Origin: Bacteroidota bacterium
Lineage (GTDB): Bacteria > Bacteroidota > Ignavibacteria > UBA10030 > JAZGDE01
Direction: 5' to 3'
Length of the DNA stretch: 49,788 bases
Assembly (NCBI GenBank): GCA_036477295.1
Contig: JAZGDE010000001.1
Coordinates: forward strand, 1 to 49,788
Positions 30,303 through 39,013 of the stretch are shown piece after piece (the stretch's first letter is position 1; the number at the start of each line of letters is the position of its first letter). The notes under the pieces are model-generated. The model was not told the DNA's origin, searched no databases, and was given only the letters and a program-made list of their open reading frames with translations. The position numbers and the translations under genes are program-made.

Positions 30303-31868
30303 ATGGCAGACGTACGACCTGAAGAGGTTTCCACGATCCTCAGGAGACAACTCTCAGGATTTGAGAAAGAAGTGGACGTGTACGATGTGGGGACTGTGCT
30401 CCAAGTGGGAGACGGTATCGTGCGCATCTACGGCCTCGAAAAAGTCATGTCGAGCGAGCTCGTCAAGTTTCCCAACGGGGTGTTCGGGATGGTCTTGAAC
30501 CTCGAAGAAGATAACGTTGGCGCGATCCTCTTTGGCGAAAGCACACTCATCAAGGAAGGAGACATTGTCAAACGGACACGGCGTCTGGCCTCGATGCCCG
30601 TCGGCGAACAGATGCTCGGTCGGGTTATCAACCCTCTTGGCCAACCCCTAGACGGGAAAGGGCCAATCAAGACCAAAAAGTTCTTGCCCATCGAGCGAAA
30701 AGCTCTAGGGGTCATCTACCGACGACCAGTGAAGGAACCGCTCCAGACAGGAATCAAGCCCATCGACGCGATGATTCCGATTGGTCGCGGCCAGCGCGAG
30801 CTCATCATCGGCGACCGGCAAACCGGGAAGACTGCGATTGCCATCGATACGATCATCAACCAGAGGTACACGCACACCGAGAAGGCAAAGAAAGATGGTG
30901 TGAATCCGATGTACTGTATCTACGTGGCGATCGGACAGAAAGCGTCGACTGTTGCCCAGGTCGTCGCGAAGCTCGAGGAGCACGGCGCGATGGAATACTC
31001 GACCGTTATCTCTGCGACGGCGAGCGATCCAGCCCCGATTCAGTACATCGCTCCGTATGCGGGCGTGACGCTCGGCGAGTTTTTCCGAGACAGCGGACGA
31101 CACGTTGTAGTGATCTACGATGATCTCTCGAAGCACGCTCAGGCGTATCGACAGGTCTCGCTCCTTCTTCGCCGTCCTCCGGGGCGCGAAGCCTATCCGG
31201 GCGACATTTTCTACCTCCACTCTCGCTTGCTGGAACGGGCATCTAAATTGAGCGATGAGCTCGGCGGGGGAAGTTTAACCGCTCTTCCAGTCATCGAGAC
31301 CCAGGCGGGCGATGTGGCAGCGTACATTCCCACGAACGTTATTTCGATTACGGACGGCCAGATCTATCTGGAGCCCTCGTTGTTCAACGCAGGTGTCCGT
31401 CCGGCAATCAACGTCGGTATCTCGGTATCCCGTGTCGGCGGAAACGCGCAGATCAAGGCGATGAAGAAAGTCGCTGGTCGCCTCCGACTCGAGTTGGCGC
31501 AGTATCGCGAGCTCGAGGCGTTCGCAAAGTTCGGCTCGGACCTGGACAAGGCGACGCAGGCGCAGCTTCGTCGAGGTTCTCGGCTTGTTGAACTCCTCAA
31601 TCAGGATCAGTACGTCCCCATGCCAGTGGAGGAGCAGATTGTGGTCATCTTCGCAGGAACGAGCGGATACCTCGATCAACTTCCGCTCGATCAGGTGCAA
31701 CGGTTCGGGAAAGAGTTCCTCGACATGATGGACGTGAAGCATAGAGACGTTCTCGATGGTATCGCTAGACAGGAGGATCCTCGGGAGGACCTTGCTCAGA
31801 CTCTGCACACGATCACGAAAGAGTTTCTCGAAAAGTTCAAGGTTCGGACCCCTGCCGCGGTCAGATGA
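30303..31868 (+). CDS. atpA: F1 ATP synthase subunit alpha
   Basis: [29 protein letters not shown] and [14 protein letters not shown] motifs. Confidence 0.99.
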   Translation: MADVRPEEVSTILRRQLSGFEKEVDVYDVGTVLQVGDGIVRIYGLEKVMSSELVKFPNGVFGMVLNLEEDNVGAILFGESTLIKEGDIVKRTRRLASMPVGEQMLGRVINPLGQPLDGKGPIKTKKFLPIERKALGVIYRRPVKEPLQTGIKPIDAMIPIGRGQRELIIGDRQTGKTAIAIDTIINQRYTHTEKAKKDGVNPMYCIYVAIGQKASTVAQVVAKLEEHGAMEYSTVISATASDPAPIQYIAPYAGVTLGEFFRDSGRHVVVIYDDLSKHAQAYRQVSLLLRRPPGREAYPGDIFYLHSRLLERASKLSDELGGGSLTALPVIETQAGDVAAYIPTNVISITDGQIYLEPSLFNAGVRPAINVGISVSRVGGNAQIKAMKKVAGRLRLELAQYRELEAFAKFGSDLDKATQAQLRRGSRLVELLNQDQYVPMPVEEQIVVIFAGTSGYLDQLPLDQVQRFGKEFLDMMDVKHRDVLDGIARQEDPREDLAQTLHTITKEFLEKFKVRTPAAVR

Positions 31869-31871
31869 TCT

Positions 31872-32762
31872 ATGGCGACGCTCCGCGAAATACGAAGACG
31901 TATCGCCGGGACCAGGAAAACCCAGCAGATCACGAAGGCGATGAAGATGGTGGCTGCGGTTAGGTTTCATCGCGCACAGGGAAACATTCTTTCTGCTCGG
32001 CCCTACGCGAGGAAGATGAACGAATTGCTCCGGCACCTCGTGACGAAAGTCGAAGTCCGGCTGCATCCCCTTCTTGTCCAGCGAGAAGTTCAACGCGCTG
32101 CTCTTGTCGTCGTGACGGCAGACCGCGGACTCTGCGGTGCGTTCAACGCCAATCTCTTGAGGACGGCGGTCGCTCATATCGACAAGCATTATCATCAGAT
32201 GGACAAAGAAGGTCGATTGAAGCTGATCTGCGTCGGTCGGAAAGGGTTGGACTTCTTCAACAAGAGGCACTACAACATCCTGTCGAATCACACACACATC
32301 TTCAACGTGTTGAACATCTCCCACGCCGTGAAGATCGTTGAGGAGATGACGGAGGGATACGTGAAAGGAGAGTTTGATAGAGTTGAAGTTGTCTACAACG
32401 AATTTAAGTCCGTCATCCAGCAGCGGATTGTCGTCGAGCAGTTTCTCCCGATCCCTCCAGAGGAAGTTCATCCTACGGAACGCGGCTTCGTCCCTTTGAT
32501 TGACTACATCTATGAGCCTTCGAGCAAGGAGATTGTCGATGCGCTGGTGCCAAAGCATTTGAATTTCCAGATGTGGCGGATTCTCCTGGAGTCGAATGCT
32601 GCGGAACAAGGCGCGCGGATGACCGCGATGGACAACGCTACGGAGAACGCAAAGGAGCTGATCGAGACGCTCTGGCTCTCTTTTAACAACGCTCGCCAGG
32701 CAGCGATCACCAAAGAGATCCTCGAGGTTGTCAGCGGTTCGGAGGCATTGAAGACCGCGTAA
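31872..32762 (+). CDS. atpG: F1 ATP synthase subunit gamma
   Basis: ITKAMKMVAA, DRGLCGAFN, ARMTAMDNATENA and RQAAITKEI motifs. Confidence 0.98.
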   Translation: MATLREIRRRIAGTRKTQQITKAMKMVAAVRFHRAQGNILSARPYARKMNELLRHLVTKVEVRLHPLLVQREVQRAALVVVTADRGLCGAFNANLLRTAVAHIDKHYHQMDKEGRLKLICVGRKGLDFFNKRHYNILSNHTHIFNVLNISHAVKIVEEMTEGYVKGEFDRVEVVYNEFKSVIQQRIVVEQFLPIPPEEVHPTERGFVPLIDYIYEPSSKEIVDALVPKHLNFQMWRILLESNAAEQGARMTAMDNATENAKELIETLWLSFNNARQAAITKEILEVVSGSEALKTA

Positions 32763-32785
32763 GGTTTGCGCGTGGAGATCCTCTG

Positions 32786-32829
32786 ACCGTTCGCCTGATA
32801 CATGTAAAGGTGGGGCGGACGGTTTTTTT
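32786..32829 (+). terminator. Rho-independent terminator after atpG
   Basis: ACCGTTCGCC...GGCGGACGGT stem followed by a T-run. Confidence 0.75.
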
Positions 32830-32977
32830 GTTGCAGTGGGGGGTGCGGTGAAGGCTAGTCGGGAGAGGGTTGTGCTCGCTCCCAGAGCTTGCGCCATCTA
32901 CAAGAGATGCCGGCTTTCGGCAAGCAGCGCGATAGCAACGCCTCGTAACGATGTCTTGGCGCACGAATTTAGGAGCG

Positions 32978-33006
32978 TTGCAATAGAGGGATTTGTTGCG
33001 TAGATT
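32978..33006 (+). promoter_or_regulatory. Sigma70-type promoter for ffh
   Basis: TTGCAA-17 nt-TAGATT. Confidence 0.55.
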
Positions 33007-33055
33007 ATTCAATTTGGGTGGTACGTACACGCAGAATACCAAAAGGTGCTCATCG

Positions 33056-34381
33056 ATGTTTGAAGATCTAACCGAGAAGTTGCAATCGGTTTTCCGGAAA
33101 CTTCGCGGCTACGGCAAGATCACGGAGGCGAATGTCGCCGATGCGCTTCGGGAAGTGCGCAGAGTCCTGTTGGACGCTGACGTGAACTACAGGGTCGCGA
33201 AGCAGTTCGTGAACGACGTCCAAGTGCGCGCGATCGGTCAGGAGGTTCTCACGAGCATTACCCCGGGGCAGCTTGTCGTGAAGATCATCCACGATGAGAT
33301 GGTGAAGCTGATGGGAACTTCCCGTGTTGACATCTCGTATGCTTCGTTTCCGCCGACGGTCATCCTGGTGGCTGGTCTTCAAGGGTCGGGGAAGACGACG
33401 CTCGCCGCGAAGCTTTCGCTGCATCTGAAGTCGAAGGGTCGTCATCCGTTGCTGGTTGCTGCAGACATTCATCGGCCGGCAGCCAGCGACCAGCTTGAGA
33501 TCCTGGGCAAGGAAATTGAGGTTCCCGTCTATGCCGAACGCTCTCAGTCGGCGGTTCAAATCGCCACGGCATCAATCGACTTTGCCCGTAAGCAGGCTCG
33601 GGACGTCGTTGTACTCGACACTGCTGGCCGTCTCCACGTCGATGAGGGGATGATGCGGGAAGTCGAGCAGATCAAAGCTGCAGTCCAACCGAACGAGATC
33701 CTCTTTGTTGTGGACGCGATGACCGGACAGGATGCCGTCAACTCTGCGCGGGTATTCCACGATCGACTCGTGTTCGACGGGATCGTGCTCACAAAGCTAG
33801 ACGGCGACACGCGGGGGGGTGCAGCGCTGTCGATCCGAGCGGTTACCAACAAGCCAATCAAATTCGTCAGCGTCGGCGAAAAGCTCGACGCTCTGGAACC
33901 GTTCTATCCGGAACGGATGGCGTCGCGAATCCTCGGTATGGGCGACATCGTGACCCTGGTGGAGAAGGCGCAGCAGCAAGTCGATGAACAAAAAGCTGCT
34001 CGTCTCGAGGAGAAGTTTCGGAAGGCGCAGTTCACCTTCGAAGATTTCATGGATCAACTTCAGCAGATCAAAAATATGGGGTCCCTGAGTTCGCTCGTTG
34101 GGATGATTCCGGGCATGCAGCGAATCGCGGGTCATGCGGAAATCGACGACGGCGGGCTTAAAAGGATCGAGGCGATCATTCAATCGATGACGAGAGAAGA
34201 ACGCCAAAAGCCGAGCTTGATCAATGGAAGTCGTCGGAAGCGGATCGCCGTCGGGAGCGGCACGAGTGTGCAGGAAGTCAATCGATTGCTGAAGCAGTTT
34301 GCCGAGATGCAAAAAATGATGAAGAATTTGAATAAGGGGAAATTCAACCATTTCCTCCAGGGCATGCAAATGCGCGCGTGA
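33056..34381 (+). CDS. ffh: Signal recognition particle protein
   Basis: MFEDLTEKL start; GLQGSGKTT, DTAGRL, TKLDGD and SRRKRIA motifs; Met-rich M domain. Confidence 0.98.
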   Translation: MFEDLTEKLQSVFRKLRGYGKITEANVADALREVRRVLLDADVNYRVAKQFVNDVQVRAIGQEVLTSITPGQLVVKIIHDEMVKLMGTSRVDISYASFPPTVILVAGLQGSGKTTLAAKLSLHLKSKGRHPLLVAADIHRPAASDQLEILGKEIEVPVYAERSQSAVQIATASIDFARKQARDVVVLDTAGRLHVDEGMMREVEQIKAAVQPNEILFVVDAMTGQDAVNSARVFHDRLVFDGIVLTKLDGDTRGGAALSIRAVTNKPIKFVSVGEKLDALEPFYPERMASRILGMGDIVTLVEKAQQQVDEQKAARLEEKFRKAQFTFEDFMDQLQQIKNMGSLSSLVGMIPGMQRIAGHAEIDDGGLKRIEAIIQSMTREERQKPSLINGSRRKRIAVGSGTSVQEVNRLLKQFAEMQKMMKNLNKGKFNHFLQGMQMRA

Positions 34382-34447
34382 GTGTATCTCAAAAATGTTG
34401 GTCGTTAATTCAAAACATGGATCGAATTCAACAAGGGAGGTCTATCG

Positions 34448-34894
34448 TTGGCAGTTAGGTTGAGGTTACGCCGAATGGGTCGGAAAAAAGTGCCCATCTA
34501 TAAAATCGTAGCAGCGGATGCGCGTTCGCCGCGCGACGGTCGCTTTATTGAGGCGATCGGGATGTACAACCCGATCCCAAATCCTCCGACCGTCGAGTTC
34601 AAGGAGGATCGAGTATACGATTGGCTTGGGAAAGGTGCGCAGCCGACGGACACGGTCCGGAGTCTCCTGCAGCGCAAGGGTATCTGGTTGCGCTGGAGCT
34701 TGATGCGCCGAGGAGTGAGCGCGGAGAAGATCAATGAGGAGTACGTGAAGTGGCAGGCTGCTCGTGCGCAGCGTGATGCGGCTCCCAAAGCGCGGCGAAA
34801 GGCCTCTGCGAAAAAGAAGAAAGGCGCAAAAGGTGCCCCCCCGGCCGAAGATGCAGCGGCTGCAGCCTCTGTCCCGGAAGAAACTAATCCGTAG
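34448..34894 (+). CDS. rpsP: 30S ribosomal protein S16 with Ala/Lys-rich C-terminal extension
   Basis: RBS GGGAGG and TTG start; [23 protein letters not shown] and GAQPTDTV motifs. Confidence 0.97.
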   Translation: MAVRLRLRRMGRKKVPIYKIVAADARSPRDGRFIEAIGMYNPIPNPPTVEFKEDRVYDWLGKGAQPTDTVRSLLQRKGIWLRWSLMRRGVSAEKINEEYVKWQAARAQRDAAPKARRKASAKKKKGAKGAPPAEDAAAAASVPEETNP

Positions 34895-34900
34895 CCTTTT

Positions 34901-35110
34901 CCGAAGGCTTCAAAGGTCCGGCACCAAGTGTTCCTTCGGAGAGTCCCTTTGCCAAGCTCATGCGGCGAAGCCGCCCCCGAAGGCGCCCACAAAGTGGTCA
35001 CTTCGTGACACTTCGTGAGTGGACCGCTTCGCGCGTGGGGGCACTTTGTCCATCCCTTCGCGACTTTGCCATCAAAGCCTCCCGAGTTCGAGGATCGCGG
35101 CGGGGGAGCG
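34901..35110. repeat. Nested palindromic (REP-like) mosaic element A
   Basis: CCGAAGG/CCTTCGG (34901/34933), GCGGCGAAGCCGC, GTCACTTCGTGAC and ACAAAGTG/CACTTTGT (34989/35042). Shares GAGAGTCCCTT and CCCCCGAAGGC with the element at 38.6 kb. Confidence 0.6.
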
Positions 35111-35215
35111 AGATGCTTGCGCGGTGACATCATCGTTTGTATCTGGCCCGATGCTGAAACACCGAGCACGTTACTGCTGGATTGAATTCTAGGATGTGCA
35201 AGGGTTGAAATTCAC

Positions 35216-35400
35216 ACCATCGGCAGGACTGATCTTCCCGCCCGGTCGATGACCCAAACGGGTGCTGGTCCTGTGCCGAAGGTATGGCGTCGGCATTCGC
35301 CGCAGGCCGACACATGGGATGAGTCAGGGGTCGTTCCGCTCCGAGGACTGCCCCTGTGGACGCGGACTCCCCTCGTACCACTACCCTGTGGAAGGAGTCA
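35216..35400 (+). promoter_or_regulatory. Structured 5' leader of khpA with an RBS-sequestering hairpin (candidate cis-regulatory RNA)
   Basis: TCGGCAGGAC/GTCCTGTGCCGA, GTCGGC/GCCGAC and CAGGGG/CCCCTG stems; GACTCC (35365) can pair with the RBS-overlapping GGAGTC (35394). Confidence 0.35.
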
Positions 35401-35405
35401 CACCC

Positions 35406-35636
35406 ATGAAGGAATTCATCGAGTTCATCGCCAAGTATCTCGTCGACAACCCTGAGGGTGTCCTGCTGGAGCAGGAGGAAAAAGAAAGCAAGATCATCTT
35501 TAAGTTGAAAGTGGCGGAGAATGACATCGGGAAGGTGATCGGGCGGAAAGGGAGAACTGCACAAGCGATGCGTACCTTGTTGAGTGCAATAGCAGCCAAA
35601 GAAGGTAAGCGAGTCATCCTGGAAATCCTCGACTGA
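35406..35636 (+). CDS. khpA: KH-domain RNA-binding protein KhpA
   Basis: MKEFIEFIAKYLVDNP...DIGKVIGRKGRTAQAMRTLL; canonical rpsP-khpA-rimM position. Confidence 0.92.
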   Translation: MKEFIEFIAKYLVDNPEGVLLEQEEKESKIIFKLKVAENDIGKVIGRKGRTAQAMRTLLSAIAAKEGKRVILEILD

Positions 35637-36080
35637 ACAGGAGTTATGTTCTCCTGGCAGAAGTACCCCCTCGCGGAGGGTGGAACTCTCATGGGAGGAT
35701 CAGCCCTTCATGCAGAGCCGGTAGATAATAGAGGGCGGTATGGAAGCGAGCGTGACGTTGAGTGCAGCGTTAGTGGGATGGGTCGAACCGTCCGTAGCAC
35801 GAACCGCTGGAGATCGACAGGAGAGCATATTGAGGCTGGACATCCCTCGAGCCTTTTCTGTACATCCATGATTTAGAAAACACGTTAATGGAAATACTGT
35901 AGGAATCGTTGCGGTATCTGTATAGACGAGAGGAGGAGCAGGCTGAATCGACGGTCCTCGTGACCGGGAATACAAACTATTTCATTCGCATCCGGTCGTA
36001 CGCCGGAGTGCGAGAACCCAATTCAAGTTGAACAAGATGATTGTGCCACGGAAAGATCGGAAGTTCAGGAAGAAGGAAGC

Positions 36081-36605
36081 GTGAAAGAGGAGCTGTACGC
36101 GATCGGGAAAATCCAGAAGTGTTTTGGTGTGAAGGGCGAGTTCGTCGTGGAATTGATGACTCCGAAAGCTGAGCGGTTCTCGCAGCTCGAGGGGGTGCTC
36201 ATCGGGCACGATGATGGAGGAGTGCGTCCCGACACAATTCGAATCGAGAGGATGCGCCCTCAGGGAAGAGGCATCGTTGTCAAGCTGGAGGGAATCGATG
36301 ACCAAAGCCGCGCGGAGGAATTGCTGGGATGCTACCTATACGTCACGCATGAGGACCGGATTGCTCTGCCCTCGCACACATACTTTATCCACGACATCCT
36401 CGGATTGAAGGTAGAGGATGAAGAGGGAGCACCGATCGGAACCGTTGTCGACGTCCTTCGCTTGCCCGCACATGACGTCTACGTCGTAAAGCAGGGATCG
36501 AGGGAGTTTTGGATTCCGTCGGTGCGGGAAATCATACGAAACGTAGATCTCCAGAAAAAGGTGTTGCAGATTCACGTCATCGAGGGTCTCCTTGACCCCC
36601 AGTAG
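36081..36605 (+). CDS. rimM: Ribosome maturation factor RimM
   Basis: IGKIQKCFGVKGE, YFIHDILG, HDVYVV and WIPSV motifs; synteny. Confidence 0.93.
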   Translation: MKEELYAIGKIQKCFGVKGEFVVELMTPKAERFSQLEGVLIGHDDGGVRPDTIRIERMRPQGRGIVVKLEGIDDQSRAEELLGCYLYVTHEDRIALPSHTYFIHDILGLKVEDEEGAPIGTVVDVLRLPAHDVYVVKQGSREFWIPSVREIIRNVDLQKKVLQIHVIEGLLDPQ

Positions 36606-36623
36606 CTTGAGAGAGACAAGAGT

Positions 36624-37304
36624 ATGAGAATCGACATCATCACGGGGTTTCCAAAACTGCTGACCGGCCCTTTGACGGAGAGCATCGTGAGACAGGCTCA
36701 AGAAAAGAAGCTGGTCGAGATCCTCGTGCACGATTTGCGAGACTACGCGCATGACAAACACCGTACGATCGATGATACTCCGTACGGTGGAGGTGCGGGA
36801 ATGGTTCTGAAGCCCGAACCGATTTTCCAATCCATCGAAGCACTAAAAGCCGAGCGGACCTACGACGACGTTGTCTACTTGACCCCTGAAGGGGAACAAT
36901 TCACCCAGCGGCTGGCGAACGACCTCTCACTCAGGAATAATATCATTCTCCTGTGTGGACATTACAAAGGGATTGACGAACGGGTGCGAGAAGTGCTTGT
37001 GACGCGCGAGATTTCCATTGGAGACTATGTTCTCACGGGAGGTGAACTCCCGGCGCTCGTGGTGATCGACGCTGTCGTCCGGTTGATTCCAGGTGTTCTG
37101 TCGGACGGCGAGTCGGCCTTGGAAGATTCCTTTCAACGAAACGGGCTTGACTATCCCCACTACACTCGACCAGCCGAGTATAGGGGCATGAAGGTGCCGG
37201 ATGTGCTGCTCACCGGCCACCACGTCGAGATACAGAAGTGGCGTGAGGCGCAAGCGCTGAAACGCACGCGGGAGCGTCGCAAGGATCTTCTCGATAGAGA
37301 ATGA
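36624..37304 (+). CDS. trmD: tRNA (guanine37-N1)-methyltransferase
   Basis: [32 protein letters not shown] and YPHYTRP motifs. Confidence 0.98.
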   Translation: MRIDIITGFPKLLTGPLTESIVRQAQEKKLVEILVHDLRDYAHDKHRTIDDTPYGGGAGMVLKPEPIFQSIEALKAERTYDDVVYLTPEGEQFTQRLANDLSLRNNIILLCGHYKGIDERVREVLVTREISIGDYVLTGGELPALVVIDAVVRLIPGVLSDGESALEDSFQRNGLDYPHYTRPAEYRGMKVPDVLLTGHHVEIQKWREAQALKRTRERRKDLLDRE

Positions 37305-37345
37305 ATGGGGCAACATCCTATCCGCCTTATGAACGGAGAATAACT

Positions 37346-37687
37346 ATGGACAAACTTTCACTCGTTGAGGCTACGGAACGGAAGTCGGATATTCCTGCGT
37401 TTCAACCTGGTGATACAGTGAACGTGCATGTTCGGGTCATCGAGGGTGACAAGGAGCGTATCCAGCAATTCCAAGGTGTGGTGATCAGTCGCCGGGGTTC
37501 GGGACTCGGGGAGTCATTCACCGTGCGGAAGGTATCCGAGGGAGTCGGCGTTGAGCGCATTTTCCTGCTCCATTCACCGCGGATCACGAAAATTGAGCGT
37601 GTGAAAGAGGGCCGTGTCCGCCGCGCGAAGCTTTACTACCTGCGGAGTCTAGCGGGCAAGGCCGTCCGGCAGAAGACCACGGCTTAG
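37346..37687 (+). CDS. rplS: 50S ribosomal protein L19
   Basis: [22 protein letters not shown] and [10 protein letters not shown] motifs. Confidence 0.98.
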   Translation: MDKLSLVEATERKSDIPAFQPGDTVNVHVRVIEGDKERIQQFQGVVISRRGSGLGESFTVRKVSEGVGVERIFLLHSPRITKIERVKEGRVRRAKLYYLRSLAGKAVRQKTTA

Positions 37688-37707
37688 TAACCAAGGATGG
37701 ATGTTCG

Positions 37708-38535
37708 ATGCGGAAGAAGCTCGGCGTTGTTCCATACGTTTTCGCGAGACCGCTGGTGCATGGCTTGGGAGAAGCCGGCTCGAAATTTGAACTCGAATAT
37801 GCAGACCCCGTGTCCGTTGCAGTGAAGATGCGCGAGCGGTCGCTCGATGTCGCCTTTCTCTCCCCAATCGATTATGCCTTGAATAGTCCAGACTACTCGA
37901 TTATCCCGGGAATCGGGGCTTCGAGTCCCTCAGCAGATCGTTCCGTGCTTCTCGCGTTCCAGCAAGGCCTTCAGAAGATCAAGAGCGTTGCCGTCGCGAA
38001 TGCATCGACCTCCGAGGTTGTGATGACACGCATTCTCTTGGCGGAGAAGTACGAGGTCAATCCAACATTCGTTCCACTCCCTTCCACCTGTTCCTTGACC
38101 GTCGAAGCGATGCTCAGGAGAGCAGATGCCGCTCTGATTGCAGGTGATGAGAGCACACTGAGAGAGGATTCGATCGAATCTGCGCTTGACCTGACCGAAG
38201 AGTGGAGTGACCTATCCGATCTCCCCTTCGTTCACGAGTTTTGGGTGGTTCGTTCCAACATGCTCACGAAAGAGGAGCTGCGCATGCTGCAGGAATCGAA
38301 GGAGCGTGGGGTAAACGAGCTCGACAATATTGCGACAGAAGCCGCCAAACAGGTCGGTATTGCTGGAGAGCGTGTGACTAAGCTTCTGACGTCACTCGTC
38401 TTTGACCTTGACGAAGAAGACGTCGAATCGCTGTTGGAGTTCTTCTGATTCGCGTTCTACCACCGTATCCTCGGCGAAGTGCCCGAAATAAAGTTCCTGG
38501 AGATCGAACAGGAACTGAATCCTCATTTCAACTGA
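37708..38535 (+). CDS. MqnA/MqnD-family (futalosine menaquinone pathway) protein, interrupted by an in-frame TGA at 38446-38448
   Basis: LGVVPYVFARPLVHGL, SPIDY, SVLL, ALIAGD and DLTEEW...LPFV motifs; the frame continues past TGA as FAFYHRILGEVPEIKF...* to 38535. Confidence 0.7.
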
Positions 38536-38564
38536 CCCATTCCCCGCATCCTTGGGAGTTTTGT

Positions 38565-38785
38565 GGCGACCCCCCCGAAGGCCGAAGTCCCCCATGAAGT
38601 GGCTCCTTTGGAGCACGAAGAGGCCCCGAAGGGGACTTCGTCCTTCCGGGCCACTTCTCACGAAGTTCCCGCGGCGAAAGCCGTTTCCCAAAGGGATCAC
38701 ATGGCGAGAGTCCCTTCCCCGAAGGGGCCACTTCGTGGCGGGAAAGGGATCGCTTCGTGGGTGGGGGACTTCGTCGATCCCTTCA
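38565..38785. repeat. Nested palindromic (REP-like) mosaic element B
   Basis: Outer CGAAGTCCCCCA (38583) / TGGGGGACTTCG (38762) enclosing GAAGTGGC/GCCACTTC, GCTCCTTTGGAGC, CCCCGAAGGGG (twice), CGGCGAAAGCCG, TCCCAAAGGGA and GCCACTTCGTGGC. Confidence 0.65.
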
Positions 38786-38788
38786 GGA

Positions 38789-38816
38789 TTGAATTTAAAC
38801 GGAATTCCACTAAATT
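38789..38816 (+). promoter_or_regulatory. Possible promoter for recN-cysS
   Basis: TTGAAT-16 nt-TAAATT. Confidence 0.4.
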
Positions 38817-39013
38817 ACCCCACGGACCGAGCCTTACAATGGAGTCTGTCGGACCACCCTCAAGACCTCGGTGCCGCGCAGCAATCCCCTTGCTGTGGAA
38901 ACCACGTACCAGACCCAGGGTTTAACAGTCGGGAACTCCACTCTCGAAGGGGCTCTCCGAACGAGTCCTTCACGAAGTGGTCCTTTGGATTGGACCTTCG
39001 GAGATCGACGCTC

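Noticed and set aside
27275-32762. N-ATPase or defective ATP synthase, since atpD and atpC are missing
   Set aside because: atpH is present, subunit c has no Na+ motif, and a separate atpDC locus is normal in Bacteroidota/Chlorobi-related genomes.
31275-32897. 540-aa minus-strand ORF and many other long antisense ORFs in the track
   Set aside because: Shadow frames of atpA/atpG and other well-supported genes, with no recognisable motifs.
32885-32965. Possible SRP RNA (ffs) next to ffh, with a hairpin containing AGCAGC
   Set aside because: Lacks the CAGG...GGAA/GNRA...AGCA domain IV arrangement.
35646-35975. 76-aa plus-strand and 91-aa minus-strand ORFs between khpA and rimM
   Set aside because: RBS spacing is poor and there are no recognisable protein features.
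38552-39013. 154-aa N-terminal extension of RecN in the ORF track
   Set aside because: It runs through the GC-rich palindromic element; the canonical RecN start MLKTLRIKNYALI is at 39014.
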